Assembly: GCA_016840095.1 (NCBI GenBank)
Contig: JAEOSZ010000006.1
Location: 1 to 64,000, forward strand
Direction of reading: 5' to 3'
Origin: Candidatus Heimdallarchaeota archaeon
GTDB lineage: Archaea > Asgardarchaeota > Heimdallarchaeia > Heimdallarchaeales > Heimdallarchaeaceae
DNA length: 64,000 nt
Both the position numbers and the translations under genes were made by a program. Position 1 is the stretch's first letter. Every line of letters begins with the position of its first letter. Under the pieces are notes generated by a model that was not told the origin of the DNA, made no database searches, and saw only the letters and a program-made list of their open reading frames with translations. Positions 1-9,947 of this stretch are shown here, in pieces.

Positions 1-1
1 A

Positions 2-811
2 AAATTCAATGAAAAAGATTGGATTCAATTTGAAGCATTGAATAAAGAAGCTTTTGCACGAGAAGGTTTACAAAAGGAAGGTTATCTTCAAACAATCGAA
101 GATGAAGGCTTTATCGGTGCATTTTATGAAAAGAAGCTCATAGGTTACATCAGATTAATAATCCACAGAGAATATGGTCACTTGGGACAAATCGCTGTTT
201 CTAAACCTGAAAGAGGAAAGGGGTATGGTAATAATCTTATGGAACAGGCTCGTTCATACTTCAAAGCTAAGGGATTGTATCGAATAGGATTGTATGTTGA
301 AACAGATAATGAAATCGCCATCAGATTGTATGAGAAACATGGATTTAACAAACAATATGAATCGTGGAACTTTTGGATTAATGAAGATCAATATATGGAA
401 ATGGAAGAAATCAAACAAAGAAATGAAACTGTAGAGCTACGAATTCTAACTTCGAAAGATTATGGTACTGTTGCAAACACTTTTCCTGAGACCAATTTGG
501 ATGAACTCAAATCTCATTTGACCGATGAACAGAGGGTAGGGTTTACTGGTACCGAATCTATTCCTCTTGGTTTATTTGTTGATAACAAATTGCAAATTTA
601 TGGTAGATTTAATCCAGAATTTCCTGGTTGCAGACCATTTTTAGTTATTGACACCAAATACTTCGAAGAGTTCATTTCATGCTTGAAGCCATACAAGAAG
701 AAGAATTTTATTCGCTTAACTTTTGATAAAGATTCCAGATTAGCAGAATTCTTTCTTGAAAGAGATTATAAACTCTGGCATCACTTATGGTTTATGCAAA
801 GAGATGACTAA
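2..811 (+). CDS. GNAT family N-acetyltransferase (5'-truncated by window edge)
   Basis: Acetyl-CoA motif A (IAVSKPERGKGYG) and N-x-x-A-x-x-LY-x-K-x-GF; the frame is open from base 2 (KFNEKDWIQFEALNK...), so the true start is probably upstream of the window rather than the TTG at 38. Confidence 0.85.
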   Translation, partial: KFNEKDWIQFEALNKEAFAREGLQKEGYLQTIEDEGFIGAFYEKKLIGYIRLIIHREYGHLGQIAVSKPERGKGYGNNLMEQARSYFKAKGLYRIGLYVETDNEIAIRLYEKHGFNKQYESWNFWINEDQYMEMEEIKQRNETVELRILTSKDYGTVANTFPETNLDELKSHLTDEQRVGFTGTESIPLGLFVDNKLQIYGRFNPEFPGCRPFLVIDTKYFEEFISCLKPYKKKNFIRLTFDKDSRLAEFFLERDYKLWHHLWFMQRDD

Positions 812-899
812 TTTCTTTGCAAACTAGTATCTCATCTCAATTTTCAGCTTATTCTAAGTTTTTTTGTCTTTAAATAGTATTTTTGAACTATTATATTAG

Positions 900-1157
900 A
901 TGGAAAAAGAGAATACTAAACAAATTTATGAAACTACTATTAGAGAAAAATATCCTTGTTATAATTACGCTTTGCTTTTCCTTAAAGGAGATACCATATC
1001 CCAAAGGAAAATTGGCTATTCTTTGTTAGCACCTCTTTTTAATCAGCTTCCTCAAGAATTACAAGAGTATATCAGACTAGCTTGGCAAGTCGATCCAGAA
1101 AAATACAAAATGCCACGTTCTTTTGTTAAATGCTGCGAGAAAATATTCACAGAATGA
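900..1157 (+). CDS. small hypothetical protein (85 aa)
   Basis: ATG-initiated ORF with TTTAAATA about 25-30 nt upstream; no recognisable motif. Confidence 0.5.
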   Translation: MEKENTKQIYETTIREKYPCYNYALLFLKGDTISQRKIGYSLLAPLFNQLPQELQEYIRLAWQVDPEKYKMPRSFVKCCEKIFTE

Positions 1158-1414
1158 ATTGATTTTATAGTTTTATTTGTATGATTGATACTCTCACCTG
1201 CTAATCTTATGCATCAGCAGAGCTCATTGCTCCAGAGACGAATCATATAGTTCATCTAACCAATTTCAATTCACTGCTCACTGGAACACATTTTAAGAAT
1301 CAAGTGAGATATCTTTATACATTCTTTCCTTTTATCAAAATTAACATTTTTGGTGGAAGATATCGAGTAATGCTTAAAAAACTGCTAAACTATTCTCAGT
1401 TGAAGTGCCTTTGA

Positions 1415-3457
1415 ATGAATGATAATCAATACCAAAGTAAAAGAATATTACCAAGACCACATTCTCAACCCTCTTTCAAACTAAACATCAAACACTTGAG
1501 AATTCCAATGAGAGATGGAATTCGTCTTTATGCCAAATCTTGGCATCCTGAAGGAGAAGGTCCTTTTCCAGCTGTTATCAATTATGATCCCTATCGTTCC
1601 TCTGATTGGAGAACTATGTCACGGGGTAATTTCTTTCATTATCTAGCTAGACATGGTTATGTTGTTCTACACTTGGGAGTACGAGGAACAGATGGTTCAG
1701 AAGGAAATGTTACCGATGAATATCCTCTACAAGAACAAGAAGATGGTTATGATGCTGTTGAATGGATTGCTGCTCAACCTTGGTGTAATGGGAAAGTAGG
1801 CATGATAGGTACTTCATATTCAGGTTTTACAGCTGTTCAAGTAGCAATGCACAAACCACCTCATCTAAAAGCAATTGTACCTCTTTATGCAACTGATGAT
1901 CGCTATACAGATGATGTTCACTATGATGGCGGTGCTTTATGTTCTCTCTTCGATTTAGCAGGATGGGCAACTATGATGGTTTCTATGAATGCATTACCTC
2001 CAGCTGAGAGTATAGGAGAGGATTATGAAAAAATCTGGAATGAACATTTAGAAGGTAATGAACCATATCAACTAAATTGGTTAGAAAACCAAATTGACGG
2101 TCCATATTGGAGACCTGCATCCTTAAGATCAGATTTTGATTCGATAGAATGTCCAGTTCTTATCATTGGAGCTTGGAGAGATTTCTATAGAAATAGTGCT
2201 TTGAGAATGTATGAACACTTAACTGTTCCAAAAAAACTTCTAATGGGCCCATGGGGGCATGTTTTTCCAGACTGGGGTTATCCAGGTCCTTCAATCAACT
2301 ATATGCCACAAATTGTTCGTTGGTTTGACCACTGGTTAAAGGATAAAGACACAGGTATGTTAGAAGAACCCGACTTCATTAATTTCATGAGAGAATCGAG
2401 TTTTACAAAACCAAACTTCAAGGGAGGGTCTGGTTATTGGACAGAACTAGATAAGTGGTCTTCTAGAGATAAGGAAGAAAAGAAATTGTTCTTAGAATCT
2501 CACCAAAAACTAGAAAGAAAACCTATAGGAGAGGGGAGTGACAATTTTGTTTATCTTGCAGCTGTTGGTTTAGGAAACCCAACATGGCATCATGATCTAA
2601 TAAAATGTGGAAATTCAGAACAGAATTTTGATGAAGAAAATTCCTTAATTTATACTTCAAATCCTTTGAATCAGAGATTAGATATTCTGGGACAGCCCAA
2701 ACTGGAACTAACTTTTTCATCTACAGCTCCAATAGTTAACTTGATTGTGAAACTATTTGATGTTGCACCTGATGGAAGTACAGACATAATCACATGGGGA
2801 GTACTAAACTTAACTCATAGAAATTCACATACAGAACCACAGAAACTAAAACCTGGAGAAAAAGTAAAAATAACAATGAATCTTGATGCAACTTCTTGGA
2901 TATTTCATCCGGGACATACAATAAAACTTTCCTTCGCAAGCTCTGATTTTCCAAATATATGGCCTTCACCTTACTCTGCAGAAAACACTATTTGGTGGGG
3001 AGGGAAACACGAATCATGTTTAATTTTGCCTGTTATTCCTGAAAGCGACCCTGAAGAAGCTCCATTGTTTGGAGAGATAGAAATGCCAATGAATGTCTAC
3101 AAAATCAATTATGCTCCATCAATATCTGAAATATCTCAAGACTCTCAAAATGAAGAAACAACTTTTCAATTCAGTCAAAGTCAAAATGGAAAATTATCAG
3201 AGGATGAAATTTCTCTATCTTTCGAAGATAAATCATCATTTACTATTTCAAATAAGAATCCTGCAAATGCAAGCTTATTGAATGAACATAATATACAGAT
3301 AAGCACAAAGAAATTGAGTAGTCGAGCTATAACAAAAGCTCAACTTAGGAGCGATAGTGAGAATTTTCATGTGAGTTATGATCTTGTTCTAACAGTAGAT
3401 AAAAAAGAGAAATTTAGACGAAACTGGTCAAAATCATTTAAACGAAATCTTGTTTAA
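1415..3457 (+). CDS. CocE/NonD family serine hydrolase (X-Pro dipeptidyl-peptidase-like)
   Basis: MRDGIRL N-terminus, RGTDGSEG, nucleophile GTSYSG, GAWRD, GPWGH, C-terminal jelly-roll segment (HRNSH, F.PGH.I.L). Confidence 0.9.
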   Translation: MNDNQYQSKRILPRPHSQPSFKLNIKHLRIPMRDGIRLYAKSWHPEGEGPFPAVINYDPYRSSDWRTMSRGNFFHYLARHGYVVLHLGVRGTDGSEGNVTDEYPLQEQEDGYDAVEWIAAQPWCNGKVGMIGTSYSGFTAVQVAMHKPPHLKAIVPLYATDDRYTDDVHYDGGALCSLFDLAGWATMMVSMNALPPAESIGEDYEKIWNEHLEGNEPYQLNWLENQIDGPYWRPASLRSDFDSIECPVLIIGAWRDFYRNSALRMYEHLTVPKKLLMGPWGHVFPDWGYPGPSINYMPQIVRWFDHWLKDKDTGMLEEPDFINFMRESSFTKPNFKGGSGYWTELDKWSSRDKEEKKLFLESHQKLERKPIGEGSDNFVYLAAVGLGNPTWHHDLIKCGNSEQNFDEENSLIYTSNPLNQRLDILGQPKLELTFSSTAPIVNLIVKLFDVAPDGSTDIITWGVLNLTHRNSHTEPQKLKPGEKVKITMNLDATSWIFHPGHTIKLSFASSDFPNIWPSPYSAENTIWWGGKHESCLILPVIPESDPEEAPLFGEIEMPMNVYKINYAPSISEISQDSQNEETTFQFSQSQNGKLSEDEISLSFEDKSSFTISNKNPANASLLNEHNIQISTKKLSSRAITKAQLRSDSENFHVSYDLVLTVDKKEKFRRNWSKSFKRNLV

Positions 3458-3485
3458 AATGTAGATAAAAAAGAAGTAGAAGGTT

Positions 3486-4445
3486 TTACCTCTTCCTTCT
3501 TCTGTAAAAATGCAACAATAAAGGCAAAACCATAATAGAAATTATAGCAGAATAGGAAGTTAAAGAGGTATTAGAAGCTCTGAGATCTCTATTATAAAAT
3601 GCATAGAGTGTTTCAATAATATAAGGTTCATCTTCTGAATCTATTGTAATTTTCTTCTCAAAATAGGTGTTTTCTATCAATGTTCCTCCTTCAGTATATT
3701 TGAACAAACATGTGGTATTGTACTTGATATAAGGAGTAAAAGTATAGTTATGATGAATGGGATCATATTCTCTTTTATAGATGAAATTATCAAAAGTAAA
3801 TTCAAATTTCCATTCATGAGCTGGTCCGGGAGTATCTGAGCTATCAGGAAAACCTTGTACTCCAGTAAATTGATAATGAGGTACTGAATCTAGAAAATCT
3901 CCAAAAGTGATGTTAAGCGTTGTAGAATTATAAGAAACAGTATCGATAATCCTATCTCGATCACCTATTTCAGCGAAAATATTGTTGTATGAAACCCAAT
4001 CGGGATTAACCACAAAGTAGTAGGTTTCACCCCACATAAGAAAACTTGTTAACCTTGATTGATTAGCCACATCATCCCAATGATATTCAAACTGAAAGAG
4101 ACGATCTAATATAGTTTGACTTGTATTAGCTGCACTGCAATTCCAAGAGGCAGATTCTGAATCGTACCATGCTGAACTAAGATTTGCAGAAGCTTCTTTT
4201 TGTTGATCGTCTATAGCTGTTACAATATACATGAGTTCTGAATCTATAGCATAAACAGTAAAGATATCCTTGAGATTACTTGCTTCATTCACATAGATTT
4301 CCTTTTCAGAAATGATGAGTTTATAATTGAAGACATCCCCAGCATTCCAATCTCTCTCATTTGATGCATTAATCAAAGAACCACTGTTCAAAAGAACTAA
4401 AATCATAACGAAGTTCAGAATAAAAACTATCTTACTTTTTTTCAT
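3486..4445 (-). CDS. secreted surface protein with C-terminal TM helix and basic tail
   Basis: Signal peptide MKKSKIVFILNFVMILVLL, many N-x-S/T sequons, C-terminus ...SAIISIMVLPLLLHFYRRRKR. Confidence 0.75.
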   Translation of the reverse strand: MKKSKIVFILNFVMILVLLNSGSLINASNERDWNAGDVFNYKLIISEKEIYVNEASNLKDIFTVYAIDSELMYIVTAIDDQQKEASANLSSAWYDSESASWNCSAANTSQTILDRLFQFEYHWDDVANQSRLTSFLMWGETYYFVVNPDWVSYNNIFAEIGDRDRIIDTVSYNSTTLNITFGDFLDSVPHYQFTGVQGFPDSSDTPGPAHEWKFEFTFDNFIYKREYDPIHHNYTFTPYIKYNTTCLFKYTEGGTLIENTYFEKKITIDSEDEPYIIETLYAFYNRDLRASNTSLTSYSAIISIMVLPLLLHFYRRRKR

Positions 4446-4602
4446 TATATTATCAATATTTTTTTGTGTTTATAGATATATAAGGAGATAGTTAATTCCC
4501 GCTATAAGATGGAAGAAGAGGGTTTTAGTCTCCAAAGTGTGTTTTTTGTTAAACACACAAATTGTTTATATTTAACTGTTTTTTCAAAGATATTAATATG
4601 GT

Positions 4603-6177
4603 GTGAAAATGAGTCAGGAAGAAAAAATAGAAAGAAAAGGATTGATAGTTATTGGTGGAGGAATGACAGGATTAACATCAGCTGTTACATGGGCAAATTT
4701 CCACGATACTAAGAAGGATCCAGTATTAATAATAGAAAAAGAACCTAAAACTGGTGGTTTTGTAACTTCATACAAACGTGAAGGATTTCTTTTTGATACT
4801 AGTCAAATTATTCCGAATTGCAATGATATGTATGACCTCTTAGGTATTAAAGTTGATTTAAAACGTTTCAAAGGTTATTATACACGGGTTTTCCTTGTAG
4901 ATCCAGAAACAGAGCAAGTAACAAAAATCGAGTTACCATCAGGAGTAGAAGTCTTTAAACAGAAATTAATGGAGGAATATCCTGAAAATGCAAAGGAAAT
5001 AGAAAAATTCTTAGACCATTCTAGAGCGATGTATTTGGAATTATTTAAGTTAAAAACTGAACCATCCTTAGTTGAATTACTAAAAACAATTGTCTCTTGT
5101 CCCAAAATTGTTAAGCATGGTTCTAAAACTTTCAAAGATTACTTTGATCAATTTGGCATAACTAATCCGGAAGTAGTGGAAATCTTTGATGCATTTGCAG
5201 CATTTAGTGGCTTACCAGGTGATAGAGCAGCTGCACTTATGACACTTGGTGCTATGAATTCAGTACTTGACAATGCCTATAGACCAACAAAAGGCTTCAT
5301 TGAGTTAACTAAACAATTTGAGAAACGATACAAAGAATTAGGAGGAGAACTTCTTCTAAGAACAAAAGTAGAGAAGATATTAGTGGAAAATGGTGAAGTT
5401 AAAGGTGTTCAGCTTGAAGGTGGAAAGAAGATTTACTCTGATTATGTAATAACGACCATCGATCCAAAAGTAGCAATGAAAGAACTGGTAGGATTAGACA
5501 TAATTAGAGATGTTGATAAGAAATTTGCAGAAAAGGTAGAACAAGTAAAAATGTCTCCTTCTTCAATAAACATCGCTTTAGGGTTAGATGATAAGATAGA
5601 TCTTGACGCACTAGGAATGGATTGTGGTTATAATGTTGTTACTACAGGTGGGAAATCATTTTCTAGATTATTCAATGAATATGAAAAAGGAAATATGGCC
5701 TTTACAGAAAAGCAATTCCACATGGGCGTTATTTGTCCATCATTAACAACTGGTGGAAAACCCAACATCACTATTCGTGTTGTGCCTGTAGGACTAGGAG
5801 ATTGGGCAGAATTACGAGAGAGTAACAAAAAAGAATATGACAAAAAGAAAGAAGAGTTATCTCTTTTCTTCATTGATTTAGTTGAAAAGTATCTAATTCC
5901 GGATTTGAAAAAACATATTCTTGTTAAGGATATTTCAACCCCAGCAACATATGCCCGATATTCTGGATCACCAACTGGATCAATATATGGAATGGCACCT
6001 TACTCAGATAATTTCGGTAGAACACGATTGAAAATGCGAACGCCAATAAAAGGACTATTTCAGCCACTCTTTTCACATGGAATTTTCGGAAGTATGTTAG
6101 GTGCATTGCAAGTAAATGACATGATACTCAATCGGGAAATATTAGGTGGAAATGCTCGTTTAAAACCAGAAGAGTAA
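4603..6177 (+). CDS. phytoene desaturase-family FAD-dependent oxidoreductase
   Basis: IVIGGGMTG dinucleotide fold, EK...GG...S..REGF.FD, STPATY.RY...GS.YG, TPIKGL. Confidence 0.8.
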   Translation: MKMSQEEKIERKGLIVIGGGMTGLTSAVTWANFHDTKKDPVLIIEKEPKTGGFVTSYKREGFLFDTSQIIPNCNDMYDLLGIKVDLKRFKGYYTRVFLVDPETEQVTKIELPSGVEVFKQKLMEEYPENAKEIEKFLDHSRAMYLELFKLKTEPSLVELLKTIVSCPKIVKHGSKTFKDYFDQFGITNPEVVEIFDAFAAFSGLPGDRAAALMTLGAMNSVLDNAYRPTKGFIELTKQFEKRYKELGGELLLRTKVEKILVENGEVKGVQLEGGKKIYSDYVITTIDPKVAMKELVGLDIIRDVDKKFAEKVEQVKMSPSSINIALGLDDKIDLDALGMDCGYNVVTTGGKSFSRLFNEYEKGNMAFTEKQFHMGVICPSLTTGGKPNITIRVVPVGLGDWAELRESNKKEYDKKKEELSLFFIDLVEKYLIPDLKKHILVKDISTPATYARYSGSPTGSIYGMAPYSDNFGRTRLKMRTPIKGLFQPLFSHGIFGSMLGALQVNDMILNREILGGNARLKPEE

Positions 6178-6185
6178 AATTATAA

Positions 6186-6294
6186 TGGTGGGGACTGGGT
6201 GATTTGAACACCCGACCAATTGGTTTCTTCGTGGTTCTTTGCTCGTGCAAAGTTCTCTGGAGCCAACCACTCTACCGGACTGAGCCAAGTCCCC
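6186..6294 (-). tRNA. tRNA-Trp (CCA) with 32-nt intron at 37/38 (6225-6256); CCA end encoded
   Basis: Reverse complement GGGGACT...GTTGG-CT-CCA-G^intron^A-CCAAT...GGGTG-TTCAAAT-CACCC-AGTCCCC-ACCA; 77 nt after splicing. Confidence 0.93.
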
Positions 6295-6330
6295 TACCGG
6301 TTGCTCGATTTTTTCTCACTTTATATTCTT

Positions 6331-6987
6331 TTAAGGTTTTCTAATCATAGCCCAGTTTATTATTTCTGTATCCAATACTTTTCTTTCATCTATAACCTCG
6401 AAACCTAGATGTTCGTATAATCCTACATTTCCTTCAAAATTTGTTTCCAGAAAAACAGGATATCCTTCTTTTTCACTTCTCTCTAACATTGGTTTGATTA
6501 GTTTACTTCCAAATCCTTTTCCCTGATGTTCAGAAGAAATGCCTATGCTAGCTAAATACCAATGGGGTTCTTTTACTAAATCTTTATGAATCTTAGTAAT
6601 TTCGTCTGTGATTTGTGCTATTCTTCTAGGGGGCAACTTTCTTTCATCCTTTTGTTTTGCTAAAGCCATACCCATTTTTAATCCACCAGAAACTATTGTT
6701 CTCCATACTCCCAGATGTGCTTTTCCAGGAGGTAACCACTTAGCAATACCTTCAATTTCTGCTGAGGGGGCATAAACTTCACCATAACGAATCCCATCTT
6801 TTGTCAAGAATTTCCAAAGTATGGGAGTTAATTGCCTTCTTTCTTTTTCATTTGGATAGATTAGTTTAATCAAAGGATCTTCATGAAATGCATTAGTTAG
6901 TACTTCAGCAGCTTGATTAACATCTTTCTTCTTGACCAGATACAAATCTTTCAATACCATTTCTTCTTCAACTCTCTTCCAATGCAA
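6331..6987 (-). CDS. GNAT family N-acetyltransferase
   Basis: HWYLASIG...HQGKGFGSKL, FLET, N..LY...GF; likely start at 6960 (MVLKDLY). Confidence 0.88.
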   Translation of the reverse strand: MHWKRVEEEMVLKDLYLVKKKDVNQAAEVLTNAFHEDPLIKLIYPNEKERRQLTPILWKFLTKDGIRYGEVYAPSAEIEGIAKWLPPGKAHLGVWRTIVSGGLKMGMALAKQKDERKLPPRRIAQITDEITKIHKDLVKEPHWYLASIGISSEHQGKGFGSKLIKPMLERSEKEGYPVFLETNFEGNVGLYEHLGFEVIDERKVLDTEIINWAMIRKP

Positions 6988-7453
6988 ATAGATAGAATAA
7001 GTAATCTGTTGACACTCCTTTTTTACCTAACTTCTTAAGCGCTGTCATCAACTGACCTCTATGGTAGACTGTATGTGTTAGATAATGACAATAGAAATCT
7101 TCTTGTGTCATTTCTATTATTCCTTCTCCTTTCATGAAATTTGGAAATTCTATCTCCTCTTCTCCAATGTTTTTAACTTGTTCTAGAAGTCTTTCATCGA
7201 TTTCTTTCCATTTTACCAATAATTTTTCTTTTGGGAGTTCTAATAGTTCTTCATACATTTCTTCCCAATCAATACTTCTTTTATTGATTATATTTTCAGT
7301 ATTCCACTCTATTGCTAAAATTATATGACAACATAAATTTTGGATACTCTCTTGTTTAAACTCCTCTTTTGTTAGATTTTCTATTATCTCTCTTACAAGA
7401 TTATTTGCCCATATTTGATATTGTGCAAATTTTACTAAATTCATAATTCTCAT
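6968..7453 (-). CDS. DinB family protein
   Basis: Y..WAN, H-IILAIE, H...H..YHRGQ signature. Confidence 0.88.
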   Translation of the reverse strand: MRIMNLVKFAQYQIWANNLVREIIENLTKEEFKQESIQNLCCHIILAIEWNTENIINKRSIDWEEMYEELLELPKEKLLVKWKEIDERLLEQVKNIGEEEIEFPNFMKGEGIIEMTQEDFYCHYLTHTVYHRGQLMTALKKLGKKGVSTDYLFYLFALEES

Positions 7454-7470
7454 TTAAATGAGTATTAGTT

Positions 7471-8058
7471 TTGCTAAAAAACCTATGCTTCCATTTCTCT
7501 CCTCAAACGCAAAGTCAGAGGCAAATCTATATTAATCTTGTTTTAACTTATCTGGTGATAATTATGGTTAAAGCGGTAGTTCTCTATAACTCTCGTACCG
7601 GCAATACTAAAAAAGTAGCAAAAAAAATTGCTGAGGGACTTGGTGTTGAAAGCTTCGATAAGAAGAAGATTCCTGATTTACAGGATTTCGAGTTGGTTGT
7701 TCTTGGTTCATGGGTTATCATGGGTAGAATCAGCTTTGGTGGTGCAAGATACTTAAGAAGAATTAGAAAAAAATTAGCTAGTAAGAAAGTTGCTCTATTC
7801 TTTACAAGTGCTGGACCTGATGAAATTCACTGGAAAACTGAGAAAACTGTTCCTCGAACAATTGGGGAACTCATGTTTGAATCTATGGAAAGAATAATTA
7901 ATCAAAATCAGAACGTTACTGTTCTTCAAGAACGCTTCTATTGTAAAGGATACATTAAGTTCGGTGGTCAAGAAGATAATATTGGTCATCCTACAGATGA
8001 AGAATTAGAACAAGCCAAAGCATTCGGAGAACAACTAAAAGGCATACTAGAGGCTTAA
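7471..8058 (+). CDS. flavodoxin family protein
   Basis: YNSRTGNTKKVA FMN-binding loop, VVLGS, HP..EEL..A..F; likely start ATG at 7564. Confidence 0.85.
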   Translation: MLKNLCFHFSPQTQSQRQIYINLVLTYLVIIMVKAVVLYNSRTGNTKKVAKKIAEGLGVESFDKKKIPDLQDFELVVLGSWVIMGRISFGGARYLRRIRKKLASKKVALFFTSAGPDEIHWKTEKTVPRTIGELMFESMERIINQNQNVTVLQERFYCKGYIKFGGQEDNIGHPTDEELEQAKAFGEQLKGILEA

Positions 8059-8091
8059 AGATTAAAAAAGAGATGTGATTTGAAAAAGATC

Positions 8092-9891
8092 TCAACTAAT
8101 TACTTTTTCTAATTCATCTACAAATCTTTCATATTGTTTCATGCCTTTTTTCCAGAAATCTGGTTGAGTAATATCCAATCTCATTAAATCGCCAAATTCC
8201 TTTGGTGATTTACTACTGCCAGCCTTCAAAATAGCCTTAAGTTTTGGTGTGAAACTTTCACCTTCTTCAAGATATAATTGGTATAATGCATAAACAAACA
8301 TTTGAGCGAAAACATAAGGATAGTTGTAGAATCTGAAATTCGATATATAATAATGAGGTTTCATGGTCCATTCCCAATCCATCTCTTCAAACCATTCTAC
8401 AGCATCACCATAGATTCTATCTCTTGCAGTTGTCCACAATTCTGATATTTTCTTACCATCCAGCAGTTGTCCTTCTTCTATTGCATCATACATGCTTTGT
8501 TCAAACCACACTCTCGCACTCACTTGAAATGTAGCCATACCTGCACCATCTAGAACTCTACCTAGAATTGCTTTTTTCTCTTCCTTTGTTTCTGCTTTTG
8601 ATAATAACAGATCAGTTAGGAGCAATTCTCCGAAGATTGAAGCTACTTCTGCTATTACCATAGGATAGCTAGTATTGGCATATGTTTGTTCTCGTGTTAC
8701 TAAGTATCCATGTACAGCATGTCCCATTTCATGTGCTAGAGTATATACATTTGATAATGCTCCAGTAAACGTTTGTAGAATATACGATGTTTTTCCGTTA
8801 TACCATGTAGAACAAAAAGCACCATTACGTTTACCAAATCTTGGACTAGCATCGATGTGGTTTCTCTCGAACATATCTTTTGTAACTGAAAGAAAATCTT
8901 CGTCGAACTCACCATAAGCTTCAATAAGCAACTCTTGAGCTTCCTCCCAAGTGTACCTCATATCTGGAACATCTGGGAAAGGTGCTACTACATCCTCACA
9001 GCCTAGTTTAGGAAGATCAAGTAATTTAGCTTTAAGTGTAAGATAACGTCTATATAAAACAGAATATTCTTCTATTACTTTCATCAAATTATCAATTGTA
9101 TCTTGATTAACGTCATTATCAATTAGACTTTGGTGCATTGGAGAATCATACTTTCTTCGTTTAGTAATTTTCACCCAATCGCTGCAAACACTACACATAG
9201 CTGATGAAAAAATCTCTTGGTCTTTTCCTAATAACCCATAAATTGATTTGTTTGCTGAGGTTCTTGTTGCTCTATCAGGATGACTAAGTAATCCATTTGC
9301 TTCTCCATAAGAGAGTTGTTTCATCTCGCCTTCTACTTCCACATCAAACATTCTTGTGTTCAACCATTTAGATTGCAATTGTTGCCAACCAACTATACCA
9401 TATTGATCTTTTTCTATGATAATTTGCTCTTCTACTTCTGATAAGTTATGGGGATATGATCTGATGATTACTTCTAGAAAATGTTTGTAATCTTCGAATC
9501 TTTCATCTTGAAGTATTGATTGATTTTCAAAGGCATATTTCCCCAAATCAATTTCGAGAAAAGCTAGTTTTTTTCTGATTTCAGCAACAAACTCTTGAGT
9601 CTCATTGAACAGCTTTCTAAAATTAGGATCAGTCATATTTCCAGCAAAAGACAACCTAGCGAATTGGTTTACTTCTGACAAATTAGCTTGAAAGGTCTCT
9701 TGATCTTTTATTAGTTTAAGTAAATCGTCAAAAGAAAACTCTGGGTAAGACATTTTTCCCTTATATTTACTTATGAATTCATCAGATTTATCATCCAATT
9801 CATTCATTTTGGAAGCTATTTGGGGGTCATCTGTGCTTTTAAAAATTTCAGATAAATCCCAAGCAATATCCTTGTCACTCATATTAATCAA
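8092..9891 (-). CDS. pepF: M3B oligoendopeptidase F family peptidase
   Basis: WDLS, GKRNGAFC, LAHEMGHAVH zincin motif, E.AS.F.E, PHYY...FYNYPY. Confidence 0.92.
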   Translation of the reverse strand: MINMSDKDIAWDLSEIFKSTDDPQIASKMNELDDKSDEFISKYKGKMSYPEFSFDDLLKLIKDQETFQANLSEVNQFARLSFAGNMTDPNFRKLFNETQEFVAEIRKKLAFLEIDLGKYAFENQSILQDERFEDYKHFLEVIIRSYPHNLSEVEEQIIIEKDQYGIVGWQQLQSKWLNTRMFDVEVEGEMKQLSYGEANGLLSHPDRATRTSANKSIYGLLGKDQEIFSSAMCSVCSDWVKITKRRKYDSPMHQSLIDNDVNQDTIDNLMKVIEEYSVLYRRYLTLKAKLLDLPKLGCEDVVAPFPDVPDMRYTWEEAQELLIEAYGEFDEDFLSVTKDMFERNHIDASPRFGKRNGAFCSTWYNGKTSYILQTFTGALSNVYTLAHEMGHAVHGYLVTREQTYANTSYPMVIAEVASIFGELLLTDLLLSKAETKEEKKAILGRVLDGAGMATFQVSARVWFEQSMYDAIEEGQLLDGKKISELWTTARDRIYGDAVEWFEEMDWEWTMKPHYYISNFRFYNYPYVFAQMFVYALYQLYLEEGESFTPKLKAILKAGSSKSPKEFGDLMRLDITQPDFWKKGMKQYERFVDELEKVIS

Positions 9892-9947
9892 AGTAAGAGG
9901 AACGGTACTACTGTATAAAACTTGCTTAATATACAGAAAAACATTAT

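Noticed and set aside
1155-1250. Selenoprotein read-through of the 85-aa ORF (TGA stop followed by a stem-loop)
   Set aside because: No redox motif around the TGA, and the structure lacks SECIS features (AUGA/GA quartet with apical AA, or GAA/A)
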